A stretch of 64,000 nucleotides of DNA from Alphaproteobacteria bacterium (GCA_018650465.1 JABIFY010000103.1:13362-77361), one strand, 5' to 3'. Counted from the stretch's first letter, positions 43,733 through 53,113 are shown. Notes: a model not told the origin generated them from the sequence alone. Translations and numbers: made by a program.

Positions 43733-45511
43733 ATGAAGCTCACAGGTCGCCCGGCACGTTTGTTGGTGCGATTGCGCAAACTGACGCGCAATGACCAGAT
43801 CATCCTCAGCCTTTTGGCCGTTGTCGCCGGTGCCGCTGTGGCCTATGGCAGTCTTGGTTTTCGCTGGCTGATCGGCGTTGTGCAGCATCTGTTTTTCAGT
43901 GACCCGCAAGAAGAACTTTTATCCATCGCCATTCTCTTGCCCTGGTGGCAAATATTATTGGCCCCGGCTGTTGGTGGCTTGGTAATCGGCTTGTTCCTGA
44001 AATATATAATGCCGGGCGGTCGACCCCTGGGCGTGGCCCATGTTATCGAAGTTGGTGCCTTGCGCGGCGGGCGCATGTCCCTGAACCAGGCCCTTGGCGC
44101 GGCGTTTGTCTCAGCCGCATCTATCGGCGTTGGCGGCAGTGCCGGGCGCGAAGGGCCCATGGTACATTTTGGCGCGGCCTTGTCATCCTATATTGCCCGG
44201 CGCTTTCACCTGACGCCCTCCATCACGCTGACCCTGTTGGGCTGTGGTGTGGCCAGCGGCGTGGCGGCGTCCTTTAATGCCCCCATCGCTGGCGTGTTTT
44301 TCGCGTTAGAGGTCGTCATCGGCCACTATGCCCTGCATGCCTTTTCCCCGATTGTCATTGCTTCGGTGGTCGGCACCATTGTCTCGCGGGCGCATCTTGG
44401 CGACACACCGGCCTTTGTTGTCTTGCAACATGCGCCGGTCAATATTGCCGAATACCCCGCCTTTATTTTGCTGGGATTCAGCTGTGCCATAATCGCCATT
44501 TTGTTTCTGCGGGCCATCGTGCTGGCAGACGAAGGCTTTTCACGCTCGCCCCTGCCCGTGTGGTTAAGACCGGCGGTAGGTGGCTTGATGGTCGGGGCCA
44601 TTGCTCTTTACTTTCCCCATGTCCTGGGTGTTGGTTATCAGGCCACGGACATGGCCCTGAACGGCACCTTCGGCTTATGGATGCTGCTGGGCCTGGTTGT
44701 TGCAAAAACCGTGGCGACCTCGCTGACCATCGGGGCCGGATTTGGTGGCGGTGTTTTCAGCCCGGCGCTTTTTGTTGGCGCCATGACCGGTGGGGCCTTT
44801 GGCATTATTGCAGGATCGGTATTCCCGGACCTGTCATCGGGTGTTGGCCTTTATGCCATGGTCGGCATGGGGGCGGTGGCCGCACCGGTATTGGGCGCAC
44901 CTATTTCCACGATCCTCATTGTGTTTGAATTAACCGGCGACTATTCCATGACCATCGCCGCCATGATTGCCGTGTCCGTGGCCAGCGTCACCACCCAGCA
45001 AGTCTTCGGCGGCAAGTCATTTTTCAACTGGCAACTGGATAAACGCGGCCTTGACCTCGGCGGTGGCCGCGCCCGCCAGGTGCTGGCCGCGCGCCATGCG
45101 GAAGATGTCATGGCCGACGACTTCCACATCGTCGGCGAACACATCACCATGGACCTCATTCGCCAGACTTTGCGCGATTCAACGGATGACCATATCTTTG
45201 TGGTTGACGGGAACAACCGCCTCACTGGCTCCCTCAGTTTTACAGACATCAAGGATATCGCTTTTGAATCCGGCCTTGATCACCTGATCAACGCTCGCGA
45301 CGCCGCCCGCCCACACCCCGTCTATGTCGACCGCCAGGAAAGCCTGGAAAAGGTCTTGAACATCATGGATGCCTCCGGCCTGTTGTACGTGCCTGTCGTT
45401 GATACGATCGAAAATATGCGCGTCGTCGGCTTGGTACATCACCGCCGCGTGCTGACGGAGTACAACAAAGCCCTGCTCGACATGCATGCGGAGGAACACG
45501 GCGAGAAGTGA
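43733..45511 (+). CDS. ClC family voltage-gated chloride channel/transporter with C-terminal CBS pair
   Basis: 592 aa; GSAGREGP and GGVFSP selectivity motifs; two CBS domains. Confidence 0.88.
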   Translation: MKLTGRPARLLVRLRKLTRNDQIILSLLAVVAGAAVAYGSLGFRWLIGVVQHLFFSDPQEELLSIAILLPWWQILLAPAVGGLVIGLFLKYIMPGGRPLGVAHVIEVGALRGGRMSLNQALGAAFVSAASIGVGGSAGREGPMVHFGAALSSYIARRFHLTPSITLTLLGCGVASGVAASFNAPIAGVFFALEVVIGHYALHAFSPIVIASVVGTIVSRAHLGDTPAFVVLQHAPVNIAEYPAFILLGFSCAIIAILFLRAIVLADEGFSRSPLPVWLRPAVGGLMVGAIALYFPHVLGVGYQATDMALNGTFGLWMLLGLVVAKTVATSLTIGAGFGGGVFSPALFVGAMTGGAFGIIAGSVFPDLSSGVGLYAMVGMGAVAAPVLGAPISTILIVFELTGDYSMTIAAMIAVSVASVTTQQVFGGKSFFNWQLDKRGLDLGGGRARQVLAARHAEDVMADDFHIVGEHITMDLIRQTLRDSTDDHIFVVDGNNRLTGSLSFTDIKDIAFESGLDHLINARDAARPHPVYVDRQESLEKVLNIMDASGLLYVPVVDTIENMRVVGLVHHRRVLTEYNKALLDMHAEEHGEK

Positions 45512-45522
45512 GTGCGGCAATC

Positions 45523-46077
45523 TTAACTATTCTTGAGAAGCGTGTAGTGGCTTTGAACCAACCCTGATCCAAAAGTCCGCGAACTTTGCAATTGAAGGTC
45601 AATATCCTGGTCGATCTCGCCGAACAGCCTTATGCCACTTCCGATGAGTATGGGAATGTGCGAGATCGTTATATCTTCGACAAGACCCTCTCGGATAAAG
45701 GATTGCACGATTTTCCCGCCATCAACATAAGCGCGCTTCCAACCTTCACGGTTCAATGACGACATGATGTCTTTGGGACCAAGGCGCGTCAGTTTAACGC
45801 TGTCCATCAAATCTGCCGGGATGTCTTTTTCAGACATGGACCCGCTCATCACGATAACGGGTTTTTTGTACGGCCAGTCATCGAATCCAATGACCGTTTT
45901 GAAGGATCCACTGCCCATGACCAGGCCGTCAATATTCTCCATGAAAGTGTCGTAACCGTGGTCTTCTCCCCCGGTTTTCTGCTTCATGAGCCAATCCAGG
46001 GCATGGTCAAGTCGCGCGACAAAACCATCCAGGCTGGCTGCCATAAAGACGTGTCCAGTTGTCATCTCAAACTCCAA
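45523..46077 (-). CDS. Dihydrofolate reductase family protein (RibD C-terminal-like)
   Basis: 184 aa; HVFMAASLDGF...LVMGSGSF...YVDGG pattern. Confidence 0.7.
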   Translation of the reverse strand: MEFEMTTGHVFMAASLDGFVARLDHALDWLMKQKTGGEDHGYDTFMENIDGLVMGSGSFKTVIGFDDWPYKKPVIVMSGSMSEKDIPADLMDSVKLTRLGPKDIMSSLNREGWKRAYVDGGKIVQSFIREGLVEDITISHIPILIGSGIRLFGEIDQDIDLQLQSSRTFGSGLVQSHYTLLKNS

Positions 46078-46155
46078 TCATCGCAGACTTCAAGATGTAT
46101 CATTTATTAGGTAATGTGTCTCCAAATCTACAAACAGGCGTGAGGCGAAACGTTC

Positions 46156-46908
46156 ATGGCGGTTAGCAAAAAAGACCAGATCAGAGCCTTGCTGAAAAGT
46201 ATTGAAACAGGTGATCCTGAACCGATCGCGGTCGTTAATGAAGCGAAGTACATTCAGCACAATCCACAAACCCAGGAGGGAAGCGAAGGCTTGGCGGCCC
46301 TCTTTAAGCGGTTGTCAAAGACATCACCACGGGTGAATGTTGTACGGGCCTTCGAGGATGGAGACTTCTTTTTTGGCCATACCGAATACGATTTTGCCAG
46401 CCGGAAAATTGGCTTTGAAGTTTTCCGGTTTGAAGATGGCCAGGCTGTGGAGCATTGGGACAATATTCAGGAACGCCAGGATCCGAACCCATCCGGCCGA
46501 AGCATGGTAGACGGGCCAACCGAGGCGGTTGATCATGAACTGACGACAAGCAATCGCGCTGTGGTTCGTTCGTTCGTTGAAACAGTGCTTGTTGAAGGCC
46601 AAATTGAGCGAATCACGGAATTTGTGAATGAAGGTGATTACGCCGAGCACAATCCAGGGCTAGGCGATGGTGTCACGGCGCTTAAAACCGCTTTGCAAGG
46701 CGACGGCCAGATCGATTACAACCAGGTCCACCGTGTTCTGGCCGAAGGAAATTTCGTTCTTTCCCTTAGTGAAGGCCGGTCCAAAGGCATGCATTCGGCT
46801 TTCTATGATCTGTTTCGCATCGAAGGCGGCAAGATTGTGGAGCACTGGGATACCACCGAAAAGATCGCGCCCCCTGAGATGTGGAAAAACAATAACGGCA
46901 AGTTTTGA
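46156..46908 (+). CDS. Tandem NTF2-like/SnoaL-like (ester cyclase) domain protein
   Basis: 250 aa; two repeats each with ...HNP...(V/I)EHWD(N/T). Confidence 0.55.
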   Translation: MAVSKKDQIRALLKSIETGDPEPIAVVNEAKYIQHNPQTQEGSEGLAALFKRLSKTSPRVNVVRAFEDGDFFFGHTEYDFASRKIGFEVFRFEDGQAVEHWDNIQERQDPNPSGRSMVDGPTEAVDHELTTSNRAVVRSFVETVLVEGQIERITEFVNEGDYAEHNPGLGDGVTALKTALQGDGQIDYNQVHRVLAEGNFVLSLSEGRSKGMHSAFYDLFRIEGGKIVEHWDTTEKIAPPEMWKNNNGKF

Positions 46909-46997
46909 TCTATTCGCTCAAACAGACCAATGGCCTGTCGATCGACTTTTCAGGCTGAACCAAAAACGGTAACTTTCATTTTCTCGTCGCTAATTTA

Positions 46998-47014
46998 TTT
47001 GACACGCTGTCAAA
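46998..47014 (+). promoter_or_regulatory. Perfect palindrome TTTGACA-cgc-TGTCAAA, candidate TetR operator overlapping a TTGACA -35-like hexamer
   Basis: Seen directly 16 nt upstream of tetR start. Confidence 0.5.
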
Positions 47015-47029
47015 CACGCGTTACTTTAC

Positions 47030-47650
47030 ATGATGTCAAGTAAAAATACACCAACCCGAACAAAAATCCTTCAGGCCTCGCTGGAACTTCTGGAAGCCGG
47101 TCAGGGGGCTGAAGTCCGGATGTCCGATATCGCCAAACGGGCGGGCATTTCCCGCCAGGCGCTGTATCTTCATTTTGCCACGCGCACAGAATTGCTGGTG
47201 GAAACCACCTTGTTTGTGGATGACCTGAAGGGGGCTGACAAACGCCTCGCACCAAGCCGCGCGGCAAAGACCGGCATTGAACGGCTTGAGGCGTTCGTGG
47301 AAGCATGGGGGGGCTACATGCCGGAAATCTACGGGGTCGGCAGGCCAATGATGGCCATGATGGATACGGATGAAGAGGCCGCCAAAGCCTGGAACCAGCG
47401 CATGTGGGATGTTCGGGAAGGCTGCGAAGCGGCCATCAAAGCCCTGAAAGCCGATCAAACCCTGTCGCCGGTTTATTCGGTCAATCAGGCCACTGATCTG
47501 TTGTGGACTCTGCTTTCCGTTCGCAGCTGGGAACAGCTCACCCAACAGTGTGGTTGGTCGCAAAAAAAATATATCAAGAGCATGAAAACCCTGGCGCACA
47601 ATACCTTTGTGGTCGCCGGGACGAACTTGTCACAAGGAAAATCAAAATGA
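47030..47650 (+). CDS. TetR/AcrR family transcriptional regulator
   Basis: 206 aa; N-terminal HTH RMSDIAKRAGISRQALYLHF. Confidence 0.85.
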   Translation: MMSSKNTPTRTKILQASLELLEAGQGAEVRMSDIAKRAGISRQALYLHFATRTELLVETTLFVDDLKGADKRLAPSRAAKTGIERLEAFVEAWGGYMPEIYGVGRPMMAMMDTDEEAAKAWNQRMWDVREGCEAAIKALKADQTLSPVYSVNQATDLLWTLLSVRSWEQLTQQCGWSQKKYIKSMKTLAHNTFVVAGTNLSQGKSK

Positions 47651-48198
47651 TTTGGCTGGGAATTATCCTGTTTTTCGGGCTTCACATCATGCCGTCTGTG
47701 CTCAATGTGCGCGCCAATTTGATCGCTCGAATGGGCGAAAAACCCTACAAAGGGGTCTATGCCTTGTTGTCCCTGGCCGGGATCGTTCTGATGGCCATGG
47801 GCTATGGCAACGTGGACTATGTTGAACTGTGGCCAACCCCAACCGGGGCCAACCATCTGGCGATGGCGGTCATGCCCTTTGTTTGCATTCTATGGGTGTC
47901 CGCCGAAATGAAAGGCCACATTCGCAAAAAGACCAGACACCCCATGTTGCTGGGCATGGTGCTGTGGGGCGTGGTGCACTTGATCAACAACGGCGATCTG
48001 GCTTCAGTTTCATTGTTCGGCGCGTTCTTGCTCTATTCCCTGTTCGCCATTGTTTCGGCCAACCGGCGCGGCAAAATTCCGTCTTACGAGGTCACCGGCG
48101 GCAGCCACGATGCCAAGGCCGTGGTAATCGGTATTGTGATGTTCGCCGCCATACTTTGGGGCCACGAATTCCTGTTCGGCGTCGCTCCCGGTTTTTGA
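47647..48198 (+). CDS. nnrU: NnrU family membrane protein
   Basis: ORF 47503..48198 trimmed to ATG 47647 (ATGA overlap with tetR stop); 183 aa, 5-6 TM. Confidence 0.68.
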   Translation: MIWLGIILFFGLHIMPSVLNVRANLIARMGEKPYKGVYALLSLAGIVLMAMGYGNVDYVELWPTPTGANHLAMAVMPFVCILWVSAEMKGHIRKKTRHPMLLGMVLWGVVHLINNGDLASVSLFGAFLLYSLFAIVSANRRGKIPSYEVTGGSHDAKAVVIGIVMFAAILWGHEFLFGVAPGF

Positions 48199-48269
48199 AC
48201 CCTGAAGTTGTCGTTGGGAGGCTTGATTAAGGTCAATAGGCTTCTCTGCAATTCAAGTATTCTATCCGT

Positions 48270-49010
48270 TTGAATTGTGGTCTCACGAAAGTAAGCTTTT
48301 CAGTGGTTTTGCGGAAACATATCCAGGGCTTTTTTCAGGTTCAAACATCGACCGTTAGTCTTGTTGAACGTTTGATATCTGTTGTCGGCGGTTTTGTCGG
48401 CATTTTTTGCGTCATGATGATCAGTTCCATTTTCATGGACGGAGTTTCCGCTGTGTTCGTCGTGGCCTCTATGGGCGCGTCGGCTGTGTTACTTTTCGCC
48501 GTGCCACACAGTACATTTTCCCAGCCCTGGCCTTTGTTGGCAGGCCATCTAGTGTCCGCAGTGATCGGCGTGGCTTGCGCAAAATTCGTGCCCGAACCAA
48601 TGATTGCGGCGCCAATGGCGGTTGCCATGGCAATCGGTCTCATGCATTTCCTTGGATGCATTCATCCGCCGGGCGGTGCAACGGCGCTGGTGGCCGTTAT
48701 CGGCGGTGACGCGATCAGGTCGATGGGTTTTGAGTTTGTGCTGTATCCCGTTTTGATCAATGCCGTGATCATCCTGGCCGTTGCGGTGGTGTTCAATTTC
48801 CCGCTAGCCTGGCGGCGATACCCGGCCAGCCGCACAACCAAGCCAGCCGCGTCGATAAGTCCGGCAGATACCTATTCCGATATCACCCATGCCGATTTTG
48901 TTGCCGCCCTTGCCAAAATAGATTCGGTCATCGACGTCTCGGAACACGACCTCGTGGAAATCTATGATCTTGTCACCAAAAGCAAACTTGAACGCAAATC
49001 TCACGAATGA
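48270..49010 (+). CDS. HPP family membrane protein (start uncertain, TTG 48270 or downstream GTG)
   Basis: HPPGGATAL motif and 4-5 TM helices; C-terminal soluble extension. Confidence 0.68.
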   Translation: MNCGLTKVSFSVVLRKHIQGFFQVQTSTVSLVERLISVVGGFVGIFCVMMISSIFMDGVSAVFVVASMGASAVLLFAVPHSTFSQPWPLLAGHLVSAVIGVACAKFVPEPMIAAPMAVAMAIGLMHFLGCIHPPGGATALVAVIGGDAIRSMGFEFVLYPVLINAVIILAVAVVFNFPLAWRRYPASRTTKPAASISPADTYSDITHADFVAALAKIDSVIDVSEHDLVEIYDLVTKSKLERKSHE

Positions 49011-49029
49011 TGCTCTCGCTATTCCGGGC

Positions 49030-49404
49030 CTATTTTTCCGGTAGGGGTCCAAAGAAGCCGATGACGCGGATGACAAGACCTGCCTGGTCGGTTTCCGTGA
49101 CGTCAAAACCCGGCACGATCAGCGCGCCATTTTGATGGATCGCCCAGTGATAGCGATGGAAACCATGTTGTGAATCAACGCCGCTTGTCCGGATGTACTG
49201 TGCTCCCGGCAGCCTGGCTTGTACCTCAAGCACATTCTTCTCAAAACCATCAATGCCGGTGACATCAATTGACGGATCAACAAACCGGACGCTGTTTGTC
49301 AGGGCCAGTTCGAGATGTCCGCGCACCAACGACGCATCGCCCTCGTTCCAGGCGGCGAGCATATGATCCAAACTAACCGGGTAATCCGACATCGGCTCCT
49401 CCAA
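49030..49404 (-). CDS. NTF2-like/SnoaL-like small protein
   Basis: 124 aa; weak fold-level similarity only. Confidence 0.45.
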   Translation of the reverse strand: MEEPMSDYPVSLDHMLAAWNEGDASLVRGHLELALTNSVRFVDPSIDVTGIDGFEKNVLEVQARLPGAQYIRTSGVDSQHGFHRYHWAIHQNGALIVPGFDVTETDQAGLVIRVIGFFGPLPEK

Positions 49405-49410
49405 CAGTAA

Positions 49411-49977
49411 TTATTCAGGCGCGTCTTTTCCTGTGATGAATTCGTAAGACCCCCGCACGAGCTGAAAAACCGTCTCCATTTCAGCCATCGTCCTCGGCGT
49501 ATAAATCATCACGAAGCCCTCCCACCCCGGCCGTGTCTTGGCCCAGGGGTGCGCAATGGCCCAACCCGCCTCCACGGCACGGGCGGCAAGGCCAGGCGAC
49601 AGGGAGATATGAAGGCTGCCGTCCGGATGTATATGCCCAAACTCCCGCCCCTTGACGATGACCTCCGGGTGGGCCGTGGGGATGCTTTCATCCAGCCAGA
49701 ACCCTAAGGCACCGGCCATCGAGACAATAGTATCACGGATCGACACCCCCGGCATGTCCTCAACCCGGCGCAACAACGCCGCCGAAACCTCCGGCACCGC
49801 CTCAACCCCCACCTGGATATGCGGCACATGTTTCGAAGTATAAGGCGCGGGGCCGGATCGGACGGGCAGGGTGTCGGATGCCGCAAAAGCTGGGAATGAT
49901 GCCAGAATGGTCGCGCCGAGCATGATCAACATGCCGGCCAGCAAAAACCTGCCTGTGGTCCTAAAATTCATTTTCAT
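49411..49977 (-). CDS. Hypothetical secreted protein (signal peptide; conserved EFGHIHPDGSLH segment)
   Basis: ORF 49411..50061 trimmed to ATG 49977; signal peptide FLLAGMLIMLGATILASFPAFAAS. Confidence 0.5.
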   Translation of the reverse strand: MKMNFRTTGRFLLAGMLIMLGATILASFPAFAASDTLPVRSGPAPYTSKHVPHIQVGVEAVPEVSAALLRRVEDMPGVSIRDTIVSMAGALGFWLDESIPTAHPEVIVKGREFGHIHPDGSLHISLSPGLAARAVEAGWAIAHPWAKTRPGWEGFVMIYTPRTMAEMETVFQLVRGSYEFITGKDAPE

Positions 49978-50215
49978 GACTTCACTCACTGAATTGTCCG
50001 TTTTGACCATGATGATGGTTTTCAAATTCCTCTGCCCTGGCAAACATGGGAACAGCTTCATTTCATTTGTACCGAAATCAAAAAAATTTGAACCTGGCGA
50101 TTATCTTGTGTTTGTTTCGAATTGATGGAAAACCCTCCTCTATTAATCTCTTCCAATTCGCGTTATTCTATTGATACAACGGGTCTTTTTACTATCGACC
50201 GGAAAGGACAGAAAA

Positions 50216-51841
50216 TTGCAATCACCTCTTGATGCATCAGCAAATACTGTCGCTGAACTATTTTCAAAATCAACATTCGTAATTCCTCAATATCAACGTG
50301 AGTATTCATGGCGGGCTGATGAGGTCGAAGATTTTTGGACGGATCTCCAGAACACCTTGGATTTAGATAATTATTTTCTAGGATTGATAATTCTTACTGA
50401 TGACAACGGCGAGAAGCATGTTGTTGATGGACAGCAGCGTATCGTAACGCTCACATTGTTAGCCAATGCAATCTATCATGAAGCAATCGCTCGTAATCGA
50501 AAAGCGTTGGCAGATAGAATTTGGGCGGATTTTTTAAGATCAATCGATTATGAGACGGACGACATAAACCCTCGAGTTGTATTAGCAGATCAGACAGATA
50601 ATGATACTTTTCAGCAGATAATAGAGACGGGGGAAGTACCTGAAAACATAAAAGACACAGAATCGGTCTCTTATCTAATTGCCAATTCATATAAGGTGCT
50701 GAAAGAATTCTTGGCCTCGGACCTCAAGTCCGACCCTTTCAAAAGACTAGGCAAGTGGACGGAGTTTTTAACAAATCGAGTCTATTTTGCCGTTTTTGTG
50801 CACCCTGACGCAGCTACTGCATATAAGGTCTTCGAAATTATCAATACTCGAGGGCGTGGACTAACAACGGCAGATCTTCTCAAGAACTACGTTCTTGGCC
50901 AAACCCCCAAAATGCAGCGGGACGAAATCTACAAACGTTGGCGTGATATGGCAAAATCCTTCACTGTTGAAGGCTCAAGCAACGTATTTGTTCAGTTTAT
51001 TAGACACGCAGTGACCGTCGGAAGTGGACACATTCTCCCACAAGAATTATTTGGATTCCTTGCTCAGCGGCAGCGGTATTCAAGGAAATCACCGCCAGTC
51101 CCACTGGCCTTGGTCGACACATTAGAGGGTTTTCACTCTCTTTATTTGCAAATGATTGACCCAACAATATCGGGCCCAGCAGAAGGTTATGCTCTAAGGG
51201 TCTTCGAAGCCTTAAATGAAATTGGCGTTATCGCGGTTCGGCCTATTTTGTTGGCGCTTAATGGACAACAAGAAAATGAAAAAGGTTGTGATTATATCCT
51301 TCGTTTGGTTGTCAGAAGAATTGTTGTTGGAAGCCTGGGTACAGGTAATATCGAACGGCGGTTTTCTGAGGCGGCTCGCGATGTCCACGAAACCGGCAAT
51401 TGGACGGTGCTACAAGATAGTTTGGATGACTTGAATCCGTCTCGCGATGATTTCGTCAATCGCTTGTCAAGCAGGACGATCAACAAAGCCACATTAACGT
51501 TTCTCCGCCGGTCAATTCTTCAAGGTTCGGTAACTCCAGAACCGCAGGGCACTTTACATCTGATATGGCCCAGAAATACAGATAGTTGGGACGGAATGGA
51601 CGTTGAGACCGACTTGAAATGGGTATCCACAGTTGGTAATACGATTTTATCTGATTTGCATAAGCGGCCGAAAGAAGCCTCAATCGATTTCCAAAATTTC
51701 AAATACAGTCTTCTAGAAAATGGGGTCGATAATGAGTGGGCTGAGCAGATCAATCAAAGAGATGACTGGACAGCTGTCGAAATTCAAAAATTGGGCGAAG
51801 AGCTTGCTGAATCTGCAGGAGACCTTTGGTATGGCGGGTAG
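50216..51841 (+). CDS. DUF262 (ParB-like nuclease/NTPase) + DUF1524 (His-Me finger) fusion protein, GmrSD/BrxU-like putative restriction/defense enzyme
   Basis: QYQREYSW and VVDGQQRIVTL DUF262 motifs; C-terminal LHLIWP...VGNTIL...N...F..K DUF1524-like; TTG start 50216 with AAGGA RBS (alternative TTG 50171); low GC. Confidence 0.78.
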   Translation: MQSPLDASANTVAELFSKSTFVIPQYQREYSWRADEVEDFWTDLQNTLDLDNYFLGLIILTDDNGEKHVVDGQQRIVTLTLLANAIYHEAIARNRKALADRIWADFLRSIDYETDDINPRVVLADQTDNDTFQQIIETGEVPENIKDTESVSYLIANSYKVLKEFLASDLKSDPFKRLGKWTEFLTNRVYFAVFVHPDAATAYKVFEIINTRGRGLTTADLLKNYVLGQTPKMQRDEIYKRWRDMAKSFTVEGSSNVFVQFIRHAVTVGSGHILPQELFGFLAQRQRYSRKSPPVPLALVDTLEGFHSLYLQMIDPTISGPAEGYALRVFEALNEIGVIAVRPILLALNGQQENEKGCDYILRLVVRRIVVGSLGTGNIERRFSEAARDVHETGNWTVLQDSLDDLNPSRDDFVNRLSSRTINKATLTFLRRSILQGSVTPEPQGTLHLIWPRNTDSWDGMDVETDLKWVSTVGNTILSDLHKRPKEASIDFQNFKYSLLENGVDNEWAEQINQRDDWTAVEIQKLGEELAESAGDLWYGG

Positions 51842-52661
51842 TCCTGACGCCGACTTAGACGACGGATCCGATTTCACACGACTAATAAAAGTGCTTAACC
51901 GTGAGGAAAACATAGATGCGCTTTCGCCGTTGATCGCTGCGATTGGCGACGAGGCTGAAGAAATTGAATTTTCCAATACAGCTATTGGTATCGATACGAA
52001 TATCTTACTGAAGTTATCGAAAAGAAAAGAAGCTGAGGATGTTTTCGACTATTTGGGATCAAACCATCAGCCTCCATTGATACTACCAGGCCAAGCTGTT
52101 CAAGAATTTTGGAATAACCAGCTTAACGCGATCCAAACTCGAGCCGATAAGCTTGCTAGAAAATTTGAAGATTTCTCAGATGAACTGGATAAATTTGGCG
52201 AAGATTTTGGAGACTTTGCGCCAGTGATTAAAGAGAAATTGAATGTTTTCTCAGCGGAACATGGTCACATTTTTGATAAAGCGACAATTCACAAAACACT
52301 TAAGCTATTGGAAGTCTTAAAAGAAAAATCGTCAGTGCCATTTGTGCCTAGAAGCGCATTCAAGGAAATCGTAGAAATAAGGTTTAGCACCAAAACGCCA
52401 CCGGGATTTAAAGATGACGGAGACGGGGATTTTTTTATTTGGGCTGATTTCCTCTATGGCTTGAAGGCAGCACAATCAGAAGGAACGAATTTCACTCGGG
52501 CCGTTCTCGTAACTGATGACAAGAAACCTGATTGGAGCCGAAAGGGAAGGGCACATCCAATTCTTGTTTCGGAGGCACAGGCCTATTTAGGTGTGCCATT
52601 TGAGTTATGGTCGCAAGACAAACTAATAGCTGAAGTGGAAAAGTCCACGTCGAGTGAATAA
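51831..52661 (+). CDS. PIN-like domain protein (DUF4935-like), partner of the DUF262/DUF1524 gene
   Basis: ORF 51720..52661 trimmed to ATG 51831 (11-nt overlap with upstream gene); GIDTNILLKL and VLVTDDKK acidic PIN motifs flanking a helical insert; low GC. Confidence 0.62.
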   Translation: MAGSPDADLDDGSDFTRLIKVLNREENIDALSPLIAAIGDEAEEIEFSNTAIGIDTNILLKLSKRKEAEDVFDYLGSNHQPPLILPGQAVQEFWNNQLNAIQTRADKLARKFEDFSDELDKFGEDFGDFAPVIKEKLNVFSAEHGHIFDKATIHKTLKLLEVLKEKSSVPFVPRSAFKEIVEIRFSTKTPPGFKDDGDGDFFIWADFLYGLKAAQSEGTNFTRAVLVTDDKKPDWSRKGRAHPILVSEAQAYLGVPFELWSQDKLIAEVEKSTSSE

Positions 52662-52903
52662 CCCTTGACTAGTCTTATATTTATTCTTGGACAGGGCGAA
52701 ACCGAATGCAATTTCCTTTCCCCATTGTTTTCAAAATGTGTCCATGAACAAAACAAGGACCTAGCAGAATACACAGAATCTTTGAATTAGTTGGTTGTAG
52801 GGACACGATTCTTTTTCGAAGTGGAAAAAGTCATGTCCCCGTAATTCTGTGTAAAGGAACAGCAAAGACGTGGGTACTCGGGTCAAGCCCGAGCATGACG
52901 GGG

Positions 52904-53113
52904 TTATTGCTGTTCCAAAACCGTCTTCAAGACATAAACCCGGATAGCACTCGACAGATTTCCGTCGCGGGCCTCGTCGATTTGGGCGACGAGGTCGTTG
53001 AGGGCGCGGCCTTGTGATTTGGCGATCTGGCGCAGGGCGTTCCAGAATTCGTCTTCCAGGGTGACGCTGGTTTGGTGGCCGGCGATGTCGAGGGAATGTT
53101 TTTTCAGGGCCAT
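52904..53113 (-). CDS. Ribbon-helix-helix domain protein (RHH_4 family) commonly linked to class I fumarase
   Basis: 69 aa; HSLDIAGHQTSVTLEDEFWNALRQIA...NLSSAIRVYVL matches RHH_4 pattern; immediately downstream of fumA. Confidence 0.7.
   Translation of the reverse strand: MALKKHSLDIAGHQTSVTLEDEFWNALRQIAKSQGRALNDLVAQIDEARDGNLSSAIRVYVLKTVLEQQ

Noticed and set aside
52840-52903. tRNA fragment / att site suggested by GGGTACTCGGGTCAAGCCCGAGCATGACGGGG at the island's right border
   Set aside because: No cloverleaf, no T-loop, no CCA; simply a short hairpin (CTCGGG-tcaag-CCCGAG) downstream of the RHH gene
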